Shown: positions 9,869-18,486, counted from the first letter of the stretch. The stretch is 32,000 nucleotides of DNA from Akkermansia muciniphila ATCC BAA-835 (GCF_000020225.1 NC_010655.1:270001-302000); one strand, 5' to 3'. Notes: generated by a model not told the origin, from the sequence alone. Translations and numbers: made by a program.

Positions 9869-10657
9869 TTACCACAATTTCAGCGCATCCACCCGGACCG
9901 GCTGTTCCCAGCGCAGATGGTTCCGGATTGCGGAAGCGATGAATTCCAGGCCGCGCTCCACCGCCGCAACCAGTCCATCCCCGGCAGCCAGCCGTGCCGC
10001 GACGGCGGCGGACAGGGAACAGCCCGTTCCGTGAGTACTCACATCCTGTACGCGCGGACGCTCCCATTGCCCCAGCAGGCAGCCGTCCGGGCCGGACAGC
10101 ACGTCCCGGCAGTCCCCTTCCAGATGCCCGCCCTTCAGAAGAACGGGGCATCCGTACCTGACAGCGAGGCGCGCGGCGGCTTCCGGCAGTTCGTCCCTTC
10201 CCGGATTAACGGAAGAGCGGAGCAATACGGCAGCCTCATCCAGATTGGGCGTAAGCAATGCCGCACCCGGCAGCAAAAGCTCTTCATAAACAGCCACCGC
10301 TTCTTCCCGCATCAGGCGGTCGCCCGCCGTGGCGATCATGACCGGGTCCACCACGACGGGAATATCCGCCCCGTCCAGCACCCCATGCACCGCACGGACG
10401 ATAGCCGGGGAATACAGCATCCCCGTCTTCACGGCGCGCACGGGAAAATGTTCCAGATTGATGCGCACCTGATCGGCCACCAGCGAAGGGTCCACCTCCT
10501 GAATGCCGCGCACAGTCCCCGGCGCCTCGGACACGACGCAGGTGACGGCCGTAAGCGCAAACGCCCCCATGGCATGGGCCGCTTTCAGGTCAGCCTGGAG
10601 CCCGGCCCCCGCGGAGCAGTCGGAACCGGCAATCGTCATCATTACGGGAATACTCAT
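9869..10657 (-). CDS. thiD: hydroxymethylpyrimidine/phosphomethylpyrimidine kinase
   Basis: Start trimmed to ATG 10657 (MSIPVMMTIAGSDCSAGAGLQADLK...), which matches the canonical ThiD N-terminus. Also VKTGML, VVDPVM and the C-terminal GTGCSLSAAVAA anion-hole motif of the ribokinase/PfkB fold. Confidence 0.85.
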   Translation of the reverse strand: MSIPVMMTIAGSDCSAGAGLQADLKAAHAMGAFALTAVTCVVSEAPGTVRGIQEVDPSLVADQVRINLEHFPVRAVKTGMLYSPAIVRAVHGVLDGADIPVVVDPVMIATAGDRLMREEAVAVYEELLLPGAALLTPNLDEAAVLLRSSVNPGRDELPEAAARLAVRYGCPVLLKGGHLEGDCRDVLSGPDGCLLGQWERPRVQDVSTHGTGCSLSAAVAARLAAGDGLVAAVERGLEFIASAIRNHLRWEQPVRVDALKLW

Positions 10658-10769
10658 GGCCTTGTTTTTAATCGGGAAAGAAGCCCTTGAACATCCCAAA
10701 ATCCGCATGTGCCGCCTCAATGTCACAAATCCGGGTGGGAAAACAAGGAGGGAATGCCACAATCATCCC

Positions 10770-11237
10770 ATGACGCACGCCTCCCCAGCCCCGGATGAAC
10801 AGGAATTCTGGCTTTTCATTCAGGATGCCCCTCTGCCCTCCGCCGAGGAATTGCAGAAGAACATGTTCCGCCTGGACGGCTGTTTCCGGCTGAACCTTTC
10901 CGGTGAACCGGAAAACGCTCCGGACCATGTGATGAAAGGAGAATATCTGGATGAAGAGGGAGAATCCCAGCTGGACGTATTCTGGGTCATGGAAACGGAC
11001 GACGCGCGCCAGGCTTTCAAAAAGGACGGCGCGGCTCTCCGGCAGATAGGGAACCGCACCAAAATGCTGCGCTTCATTCTGGAAGACGAATATGCCCTGG
11101 GCCATGTATTCGCCATGATTCACGCCATACTGGAACACCGGGACGGCCTGCTGGTTATTCCGGACACCCGGGGAAACATTATTCTGGAACGGAGGAAAGC
11201 TTTGGATTTTCTGAACAGGGAAATTCGGGAAAGTTAA
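10770..11237 (+). CDS. hypothetical protein (about 155 aa)
   Basis: The track ORF opens at 10503 but overlaps thiD antisense. In-frame ATGs lie at 10707 and 10770, and I chose 10770. No motif recognised. The acidic, mixed alpha/beta-looking sequence ends 3 nt inside the convergent Sel1 gene. Confidence 0.45.
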   Translation: MTHASPAPDEQEFWLFIQDAPLPSAEELQKNMFRLDGCFRLNLSGEPENAPDHVMKGEYLDEEGESQLDVFWVMETDDARQAFKKDGAALRQIGNRTKMLRFILEDEYALGHVFAMIHAILEHRDGLLVIPDTRGNIILERRKALDFLNREIRES

Positions 11238-12277
11238 CGTTTTTGCGTTTGCGGCGCAGAACTTCCCTCGCGTTCCGCATTCAGTTGAAGCGCCTTCTTT
11301 TTCCAGACTTCCGCCATATCCGCATTCTGAGGGGTCCCTTTTCCTGTGCTGTAGCAGACGGAAAGCATCAGCATGGCGTTGACGTGGTCCTGCCCGGCGG
11401 CCAGCCGGAGCCAGCTGAACGCCTTGCCCTCATCCACAGGCACGCCGGAACCTTCCAGACAGGCCAGTCCCACAATATACTGGGAATGGGCGTCTCCGGC
11501 TGAAGCCGCCTGTTCATACCACTTCATGGCACGCTCCATATCCCGCTCCACCCCCTGCCCCTTTGCATAAATGTTCCCCAGATAGACGGACGAAGGCGTA
11601 TTCCCCCCGTTGGCGGCCTTCTCCAGCAGCGCCAGGCCGGAAGCGGCATCCTTCTCAACCCCCATCTTCCCCTCCATGTAAGCCCGGCCCAGCAGCCCCA
11701 TGGCTGCCGGATGTTCCTCATCCGCTGCCTTGTGCCACAGCCCCAGCGCCTTATTCAGGTCCTGATCCGCGCCATCCCCCTTGAAATACATCATTCCCAA
11801 CATGTACAGAGCGTTTCCCCGCTGGGTCCCCGGGCGGGCAAGCCCGTACTCAAACCACTCCCTGGCCGCTACGGCATCACGCTTGATTCCCGTCCCATAC
11901 AGGAACATGGCGCCGATGACCGTTTCCCCGGAATACCCGGAACCGGCCTCCGCCACGGAATCACACCAGGCCCGCACATCCAGCGGATGAACCCAGCCAT
12001 TCTGCAATCCCTCCGCATACAGGGCAGCCACATCATTGAGGGCTTTCACATGCTCGCTACCATTTTCCTTCTCGCGGACGGAGCCGGCAACAGCAGCGTC
12101 CAGACGCTCCCTCCATGTCTCCGCCTCTTTCCGCACCGCAGACGGCTTTTCCCGTTCCGCAGAAGAAGCAGCCCGCTTTTCCCCGGAAGAAGGGGCGCGG
12201 TCACATCCGCACAAAAAAAAGAAGGCGGAGGAAGCCGCACATAAAGAGACAACTTTTTTCATCATGGCCATTACCAT
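11234..12277 (-). CDS. Sel1-repeat (SLR/TPR-like) lipoprotein
   Basis: Signal peptide with lipobox FFFLCGC. Repeated Sel1 signatures (A..WY.KAA.QG...A...LG.CY..G.GV..D...A..W). Four alternative ATGs lie within 12262-12277. Confidence 0.8.
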   Translation of the reverse strand: MVMAMMKKVVSLCAASSAFFFLCGCDRAPSSGEKRAASSAEREKPSAVRKEAETWRERLDAAVAGSVREKENGSEHVKALNDVAALYAEGLQNGWVHPLDVRAWCDSVAEAGSGYSGETVIGAMFLYGTGIKRDAVAAREWFEYGLARPGTQRGNALYMLGMMYFKGDGADQDLNKALGLWHKAADEEHPAAMGLLGRAYMEGKMGVEKDAASGLALLEKAANGGNTPSSVYLGNIYAKGQGVERDMERAMKWYEQAASAGDAHSQYIVGLACLEGSGVPVDEGKAFSWLRLAAGQDHVNAMLMLSVCYSTGKGTPQNADMAEVWKKKALQLNAEREGSSAPQTQKR

Positions 12278-12425
12278 AAGACAGCCTCATCAGGCTGCCA
12301 AGAAGAGAAATGACGGAAACGCCGCATCCGCACGCTATGGAAGAGCGAAACCGAAGAGCCGGATTCCCTCTTTTTGCATTGAATATTTTCCTCTTTTTGC
12401 TCTACTGAAACCAGTTCAACCTCTG

Positions 12426-13163
12426 ATGAAATTCGTTCCGCCCCTGTATCTCTTGACATGCCTGGGCCTGGCGTTCCTGGGAAGTTTTTCCAGCCGGGGT
12501 TCCGCAACGGAACTTCCCGTAAAATACATTTTTGAGCTGTCGGATGAACCGGTGAAAGTGCACCCTGGCAAAATAGACACCAAGAGCGTTTTCTTCCCCA
12601 AATACGCACGCGGAACCTCTCCGGAAACCCTGAAGCGGCAGGCAGCCCTCTTCCAATCCCATACTCCCCACGAGGCCACCAAAAGCAAACCGGCCATCAG
12701 CATCCACATGAATGACGACAAAACGGAAAGGGACGTCCGTGAGCGGTCAGGCTATGAGTTTCACCATGCGGAAAACCAGGAAGAAATTGTCATCACAACC
12801 GAAACGCCGGATGAGGAAATCTGGCTGAACGACGGGGATCCGGACAGCCCCTTTTTCCATACGCCCCGTTCCGCCGCCAATACGGAAATTCGTGAAATCC
12901 CCACGTCTTCCGATTCCTGGCCCGCCTGGAATGAAGAGGAAGTCAACCTGCACATGAATCTTCCGGAATCGGCGCCGCGCCCCCTGGTAGTGCAGCCGGC
13001 TCCGTCCGGAGCCATCCGCACCATCATCAAATCCTTTAACGGAACCGTTTTTGAGGCGGATGCCCAGCCCATGCATCCCGTCTGGGATCAGCTCCCGCCC
13101 GGATACGTTCCTATCCCGGCTCTCCCGGCCTATCAGCCCACCTTATTGAAGAAATTACAATAG
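12426..13163 (+). CDS. hypothetical secreted protein, acidic and Pro-rich
   Basis: The track ORF opens at 12036 but its first 130 codons are antisense to the Sel1 gene. In-frame ATG 12426 gives MKFVPPLYLLTCLGLAFLGSFSS, a plausible signal peptide. The rest is low-complexity acidic/Pro-rich. No family recognised. Confidence 0.5.
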   Translation: MKFVPPLYLLTCLGLAFLGSFSSRGSATELPVKYIFELSDEPVKVHPGKIDTKSVFFPKYARGTSPETLKRQAALFQSHTPHEATKSKPAISIHMNDDKTERDVRERSGYEFHHAENQEEIVITTETPDEEIWLNDGDPDSPFFHTPRSAANTEIREIPTSSDSWPAWNEEEVNLHMNLPESAPRPLVVQPAPSGAIRTIIKSFNGTVFEADAQPMHPVWDQLPPGYVPIPALPAYQPTLLKKLQ

Positions 13164-13178
13164 GAGGGGGCAAAAGCC

Positions 13179-14444
13179 TCAGAACTTGAAGCGGACAGCC
13201 CCGAAAACAGACCATCCATTGAAAGCTTTGGCCGTTGCCGAATCCACATGGCTGGTGACATACTCTACAGCCAGCATCAGCTTGACCGCATTGACGGCCT
13301 CCGGACACAGATAGCAATTCAGCCCCAGGTAAAAGGAATGCATGCTGTCCACCCATGCGGGATAATGGGTGACGCTGGGCACATAACGGGTATTCAGCTT
13401 CACAGAACGGTTTCCAAAGGAACACTGGTATTGAAAGACGCCCTCAAAATGCGGGGAAATCCGGTAAACGGGCTGCAGAACCAGGCCGTACACATTCTTT
13501 GCACCGGGCTGGCCTACAATTCCCACGCCCGCCAGCAAATTTCCCATGATGGAGAAAGCGCCGCGGCTGGCGTCCCAGCTCAGGGAAATCACGTCCTGCG
13601 CCCCCGTTCCGCAGTAATCGGACGTGGAAGGAATTTTCCTTCCCCGCCATTCCGTAAAATTATGGGCATACTGGTACCCCAGAAACTGGCTGTCCCACAT
13701 GGGAGAAGCCACCTTCCACTTCATGGCGTTCAGGATAAACAGGTTGTCCGCAGAATGAAACTGGATCTCATCCTTCAAATCCGTACCGTTCGCATTCAGG
13801 TAAATGCCGTAGGAATGGTACAGGCTCTTGGCATCCTTCTGAAAATTGGCCTCCAGCCCCCAGTTGGAAATGGGAATCAATTCATTGCACAGGGCGGATC
13901 TCTCTACTGTTTTAATCCGGGAGGAAGCCAGGCAATACTCCGACGTCAGGTGAGGCGTCAGCTTCCCGGCCCTGAGCTTGACGCCGGGCATGGTCTTTTC
14001 CAGATAAAGTTCATACAGGGACCACTCCGTATGGCTGCCGATCCATTCTCCCCGCACTTCACGGTGCCGGCCTTCCAAATCCCCCACATTCGTCAGATTG
14101 GACAGGCGCCAGGAACCGTCCCCCATCAGGATGTCGCCGCCCAGGTAAGCGCGCCTCCACCCGTTGTTATGGCCGCCGGAAGACGGGCAGAATTTATTGG
14201 CCCCATTGGGGCTGACGGCTGCTGCCTGATACTGGCCAATCAGCGTCAGCTTCACCTTCCTGATCCATGAGGAATCATTCCGGTACAGCACCGGACCGCG
14301 ATCCAGCACACGGCACAGGGACGGCAGAGAGCCCCCGGAAACCGGCTGGGACTGAACTGCTCCCGCGCCAGCTTCCGCCGCCGGAAAGGCGGCATACCAA
14401 CAAGCGGCCAACAGGAACATTCCTGGAAAAACAAGCTTCATCAT
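13179..14444 (-). CDS. outer-membrane porin, phosphate-selective porin O/P-like
   Basis: N-terminal signal peptide, alternating beta-strand pattern throughout, and a C-terminal ...GAVRFKF aromatic terminus typical of OM beta-barrels. The segment FYLGLNCYL...VKLMLAVEYV resembles the OprO/OprP family C-terminal block as I recall it. Confidence 0.65.
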   Translation of the reverse strand: MMKLVFPGMFLLAACWYAAFPAAEAGAGAVQSQPVSGGSLPSLCRVLDRGPVLYRNDSSWIRKVKLTLIGQYQAAAVSPNGANKFCPSSGGHNNGWRRAYLGGDILMGDGSWRLSNLTNVGDLEGRHREVRGEWIGSHTEWSLYELYLEKTMPGVKLRAGKLTPHLTSEYCLASSRIKTVERSALCNELIPISNWGLEANFQKDAKSLYHSYGIYLNANGTDLKDEIQFHSADNLFILNAMKWKVASPMWDSQFLGYQYAHNFTEWRGRKIPSTSDYCGTGAQDVISLSWDASRGAFSIMGNLLAGVGIVGQPGAKNVYGLVLQPVYRISPHFEGVFQYQCSFGNRSVKLNTRYVPSVTHYPAWVDSMHSFYLGLNCYLCPEAVNAVKLMLAVEYVTSHVDSATAKAFNGWSVFGAVRFKF

Positions 14445-14762
14445 AGGCTAAACAAACAAATTGGGCGCACATCTTAAGGAGCCCTCTCCGAAAATCAAGC
14501 CCGGATGCTCCTTTCGACATTGTTGTTTTCTGAAAGGGTTGTTACGAAGAACGGCAATGATGGACGCACCAGTGCGCCCATCCGGAACGTCTCCATCAGA
14601 AGGCCAGGGACGCAGGTTTCAGCACGGCTTGGAGTTACGGCTACATCGGCCTGTTGTATCTCCGGCCTGATGAACCGGGCCATTTCAATCACTTCCTGTA
14701 CGATGAAGAAACAACGATGCAGCAGCCTGGCATCATCGCGAACAGTTACCGGCACCAAATCA

Positions 14763-16826
14763 TCACTCCGGCAAGCTTTCCCTCCCGGCCCGCATGGGGG
14801 AACATGCCTGAATAATTATTTCCCGCTCCTGCGGGGAAAGGCCGTAAATGTCTTCCATCAGCCCATTCATCCGCTCATCCCCTTCCGGGCAATAGCGGGC
14901 CGCGAGAGCGTCCGCCAGCCCTTCCACTTCCCGCAGCAGGGACAGACCGGGGACCCGGATGGGAGCCCGGAGGACAGGGGCGGTATCCATCTGGAAAAAA
15001 TCCCCCTGCATTTTTCCCCGGCGGAGAAACCAAAACTGCATCAGGCGCGAATTGAACAGGGCCGCCAGATATTTCATGCTCACGCGTTCCGAGCGTATCA
15101 CGTTGAATGCCATCATCACATAAGCTTCCTTTTCCGTATAGGAGAAGGTTGGACGGGCACACTTCCTGACAGCCAGAATTTTGGGGCCGGGCCGGAAAAA
15201 ACGTTCCTGCCGGGGCCAGTGCACATGGTAATATTTCATGCGGCCCATGCGTGTTTCCCGCCGGGCCTCCATCAGGGGACGGAATTTTTCCAAATGGCGC
15301 AAAAGCGTAACGGCCTGCTCCGCTCCGTTGGACGGGGTCAGATATAACAGCACCTTCTCCGGAGCTTTCAGTGCATGCCGCCCTGCCTGGACAGGTTCAT
15401 ACAGAGGTTTGAGAAAACGCCGCTCCCGTTCCGGCAACAGGCCAAAATACCCCTGAGGCAAGACAAATACCCCATCCCCCCTCCGGATTCCGTACCGCCG
15501 CACTGTTTCCGGCGCCAGATTCTCCAGAGCTCGGGAAGAAACGACGTCAGGATTCGGCACAATCCCCTGCGTCATTTCCTTTGCGGCATCCAGCCTGAAA
15601 TTCCGGCAGGCATCCATCTTTTCCAGAAGATGCCGCTCTGCTGCAGAGCAGAAGGACAAACCTTCCCTGACGCACGCTCCGGCATCTTCCGGCAAGGGAA
15701 ACCGACGGTACGGCTCATGTTCCAGAAATGATTCCACGTCATTCAAGGAGCCGCCAAAACGGCGGTATTCCGGAACCAGGCGTCCGCCTCCCTCTCCCTT
15801 TTTCTCCGCCAGAACAGTCATGGTATGGACGCGGGCGGATTCAAACACGCGGCAGGCTCCGAAATCCGACAGGCGCAGCAAACCGCAATCTTCCAGCAGC
15901 TTGCGGCGGAGAGAGGCGGCTCCCGCATTAGACATCCACTTGTTGGGAACGACCAGATGCATTACGCCCCCCCGCTTCAGGGCATCCAGCCCCACACAGG
16001 CAAACACGTACCAGTAATCCATGCGGGAAGAGCAGTAGGAAGCAAGGGAAGAACATTTCAAACGGTCAAATAATTCCTTGTTCCCTTTTTCTCCGACAAA
16101 AGGGGGATTGCCGATCACCAGGTCAAAGCCTCCTTCCTCCATCACCGTTGAAAGACCCTGACGCCAGACGCCGGACGCAGACATATCCAGACTGTCCCCG
16201 CACAACAGGCGATCCCGTAAATCCCCCTTTCCTCCGGCGGCCAACCATGCGCAACGAAAACGGAAACGGGCCACCTCCAATGCCTCCGCGCAAACATCCA
16301 CTCCGTAAATATTCTCTTCCAAAACGGCGCGGATTAAATCGGGCTCCGGGCAATCCGGTTCCAGAAGCTTTCTGCGGGCGACAAGCTCCCGGAGCATTCC
16401 CATGGTGAATGCTCCGGCCCCTACGGATAAATCCAGCACACGGATACTTCCCAGCAACCCGGCTTCTTCATCACCGCTCCTGGGAGAAGGCAATCTGGAT
16501 TCCAGCCAGGAAGATACCGCTTCCCGGGCCATCCAGCGAACAAGAAAACCGGGGGTATACACCGTCCCGGAACGGCGGGCGTCCGTCAGGAAACGCCCCA
16601 GCAATCCTTCCAGCACGGAAGGAGTAACAGCCCGGCAGGCATCCTCTTCCCTCAAGGAAAAAGCGAATCCCCCCGGCAGCCGGACCTCATGGCCTGCCTG
16701 CCGTTTCTGCAAGTTGTCCATCAAAACCTCTTTCAATCGTTCCCAGGTTTCAGGACGGCCCCCGTTGCCCTTCTCCACGGAGAAATACTGAGCTATAAAA
16801 CAATCCTGAACGTTCCGCTCCTTCAC
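14763..16826 (-). CDS. gamma-class N6-adenine DNA methyltransferase (Eco57I/TaqI-like) with a C-terminal target-recognition region; solitary
   Basis: 687 aa with a GTG start at 16826 (start uncertain). GTVYTP, then VLDLSVGAGAF (SAM-binding motif I, about 16402-16445), then DLVIGNPPFVG (motif IV; NPPF codons at 16098-16109). The roughly 350-aa C-terminal half is consistent with a fused TRD. No nuclease-like domain was seen. Confidence 0.85.
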   Translation of the reverse strand: MKERNVQDCFIAQYFSVEKGNGGRPETWERLKEVLMDNLQKRQAGHEVRLPGGFAFSLREEDACRAVTPSVLEGLLGRFLTDARRSGTVYTPGFLVRWMAREAVSSWLESRLPSPRSGDEEAGLLGSIRVLDLSVGAGAFTMGMLRELVARRKLLEPDCPEPDLIRAVLEENIYGVDVCAEALEVARFRFRCAWLAAGGKGDLRDRLLCGDSLDMSASGVWRQGLSTVMEEGGFDLVIGNPPFVGEKGNKELFDRLKCSSLASYCSSRMDYWYVFACVGLDALKRGGVMHLVVPNKWMSNAGAASLRRKLLEDCGLLRLSDFGACRVFESARVHTMTVLAEKKGEGGGRLVPEYRRFGGSLNDVESFLEHEPYRRFPLPEDAGACVREGLSFCSAAERHLLEKMDACRNFRLDAAKEMTQGIVPNPDVVSSRALENLAPETVRRYGIRRGDGVFVLPQGYFGLLPERERRFLKPLYEPVQAGRHALKAPEKVLLYLTPSNGAEQAVTLLRHLEKFRPLMEARRETRMGRMKYYHVHWPRQERFFRPGPKILAVRKCARPTFSYTEKEAYVMMAFNVIRSERVSMKYLAALFNSRLMQFWFLRRGKMQGDFFQMDTAPVLRAPIRVPGLSLLREVEGLADALAARYCPEGDERMNGLMEDIYGLSPQEREIIIQACSPMRAGRESLPE

Positions 16827-17261
16827 TGCGGCATTCGTACACTACTGGAACAGGCCGCGCAACCAAAAGGAGAAATTGTCCAGAAAGCCAGCTTCAGAAC
16901 ATGAATGCCCGGAACTCCCTTTTCTGAACATTCCCGGCGCCCCAAAACCGTATCAACCACCGGGAAGGGGTCATTCGAACAGATTCACCTATATGCGCGC
17001 ATATTGAAAAACTTTAACCGCCCGATAAACATTTGAAAAATATCCCCTATTATTATTTTCCGGCGCAGCGCTGGATGAAAAGTCAATCATGGCCATGATG
17101 AATCAATCGAAAAGCGCTTCCGGCAGAAAGGGAATTTCAAGCATCGATGAGACAGGAGGCTAAGGCAGGAAATGCCCCGCCAGCCTCCCCATGCTGACGT
17201 TGTCACCTTCTTCAAATTCAGAAGAATTTCCTCAATTCGTCTCTCTATTCCCTTATTTTGC

Positions 17262-17298
17262 AATAAATAAAATCCGGCTTTGCCATCAGCAAGCCGGA
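17262..17298 (-). terminator. rho-independent terminator after the tRNA cluster
   Basis: Minus strand: stem TCCGGCTT / AAGCCGGA (17291-17298 pairs with 17273-17280), 10-nt loop, then TTTTATTTATT. Confidence 0.55.
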
Positions 17299-17310
17299 CT
17301 AGAAAAGAAA

Positions 17311-17386
17311 TGGTACCCCGTCACGGGCTCGAACCGTGGACAAACTGATTAAGAGTCAGCTGCTCTACCAACTGAGCTAACGAGGC
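17311..17386 (-). tRNA. tRNA-Lys (anticodon CTT), CCA encoded
   Basis: Hand-folded cloverleaf: acceptor GCCTCGT/ACGGGGT, D arm GCTC-AGTTGGTA-GAGC, anticodon arm GCTGA-CTCTTAA-TCAGT, T arm CACGG-TTCGAGC-CCGTG, discriminator A plus CCA. Confidence 0.9.
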
Positions 17387-17422
17387 ACAGGAATGATGGC
17401 GTTCCTTGCAGGAACAACCGGA

Positions 17423-17498
17423 TGGTACCCCGTCACGGGCTCGAACCGTGGACAAACTGATTAAGAGTCAGCTGCTCTACCAACTGAGCTAACGAGGC
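17423..17498 (-). tRNA. tRNA-Lys (anticodon CTT), second identical copy
   Basis: The 76 nt are identical base for base to 17311-17386. A 36-nt spacer separates the two copies. Confidence 0.9.
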
Positions 17499-17541
17499 AT
17501 GTATCCGGCGATTCCCCCGCGACAAGCACCACCCATGAAGA

Positions 17542-17616
17542 TGGAGCCACTGGTCGGAATTGAACCGACGACCCACGCATTACGAATGCGTTGCTCTACC
17601 CCTGAGCTACAGTGGC
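17542..17616 (-). tRNA. tRNA-Thr (anticodon CGT), CCA encoded
   Basis: Hand-folded: acceptor GCCACTG/CAGTGGC, D arm GCTC-AGGGGTA-GAGC, anticodon arm ACGCA-TTCGTAA-TGCGT, T arm GTCGG-TTCAATT-CCGAC, discriminator T plus CCA. Confidence 0.9.
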
Positions 17617-17810
17617 ATCGCGAGAAGCGCACGAGCAAGTAATCATAAGCAACCCCTTTTAGCAAGTCTTTTTTGCAATAAGACCGTTTTTTTACGCCTT
17701 GAATGCGGAATAAAAGCCAAGAGCGGCAGGTGACAGTAGAAGAGCTTGCATAGGCGGGGGAAACATGGTGGAGTGCATGTCCTCAAAGAGCTTTTCTTTC
17801 CCTACTTATC

Positions 17811-18308
17811 ATGAAGGCATATTACATTTTCCAGCAGGCGGACGAAGAAACAATCAGCAACATTCTGGACTGGATGCGCAACCAGGAACGCGCCATTTAC
17901 CGCGCTGCCGTGCGTGAACTTGGAGCCCTGAAAAAACTGCGCCCCGAATTCATCCAGCGCAAACCTCTTCAGGAACAATTTTCCTTCATCAAGAAAATGC
18001 TGTCATGGAAACCCAGCAATGAAATCGGTGACCATCTGCTTCAGGTCTGGCTGTTGCGCAAACACCAGGACATGCTGATTACGTTCCTGAATACCCTGGG
18101 CATCCCCCATGACGGCAACGGCATTGTCAATGAACTGCCGGAAACGCTGGACAAGGAGAAACTCGCCAAAGCTGTGGACGAACTGTTCGAAAAATACCCT
18201 GCCGGCGTAGCGTCCGTCTACCTCCAGATGTTCCAGCTCCAGACGGAAGACGGCTGGGAAGAACTGGCCGAGGTTCTGGCGAACGATCCCCGCGTTACCA
18301 TCCGTTGA
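17811..18308 (+). CDS. hypothetical protein, 165 aa, predicted all-helical
   Basis: ATG start in an AT-rich upstream region, with its own terminator downstream. No motif recognised. Confidence 0.6.
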   Translation: MKAYYIFQQADEETISNILDWMRNQERAIYRAAVRELGALKKLRPEFIQRKPLQEQFSFIKKMLSWKPSNEIGDHLLQVWLLRKHQDMLITFLNTLGIPHDGNGIVNELPETLDKEKLAKAVDELFEKYPAGVASVYLQMFQLQTEDGWEELAEVLANDPRVTIR

Positions 18309-18335
18309 CGTTATTCTCCTTCGGGACATAAACAA

Positions 18336-18366
18336 GGGCCACTCCGTTCCGGGGATGGCCCTTTTT
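18336..18366 (+). terminator. rho-independent terminator
   Basis: Stem GGGCCACTCC / GGGG(A)TGGCCC with one bulged A, loop GTTCC, followed by TTTTT. Confidence 0.5.
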
Positions 18367-18486
18367 ATGGAGGCAAACGGACGCTCCTGCCGCTGTTATT
18401 CCAGTTCCAGGCGGAACAAGCGTCCGGACGGCACGGGACCTGTTTGAAACAGCTGCAATGGAAAGCATGCCGGAAGCGCAAGCCCG

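Noticed and set aside
12036-12425. Long N-terminal extension of the 12036-13163 ORF. Similar extensions occur at 10503-10769, 3283-3354, 10658-10762, 27334-27369 and 25392-25424.
   Set aside because: The extensions overlap neighbouring genes or precede obvious signal peptides or canonical family N-termini. Internal ATG starts give products that match family expectations.
14495-14758. 87-codon minus-strand ORF starting 5 nt after the methyltransferase stop, considered as a possible small partner gene.
   Set aside because: It starts at a TTG (plus-strand CAA at 14756-14758). It has no ribosome-binding or promoter signal that I can see, no recognisable motif, and an unremarkable composition. 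It cannot be supported from sequence alone, but it is worth a tblastn check if the methyltransferase locus is pursued.
14444-17311. Genomic island integrated at the 3' end of tRNA-Lys and carrying the methyltransferase.
   Set aside because: There is no integrase or recombinase. I could find no partial direct repeat of the tRNA 3' end in the neighbouring intergenic regions. The methyltransferase gene does not look compositionally different from its neighbours by eye.
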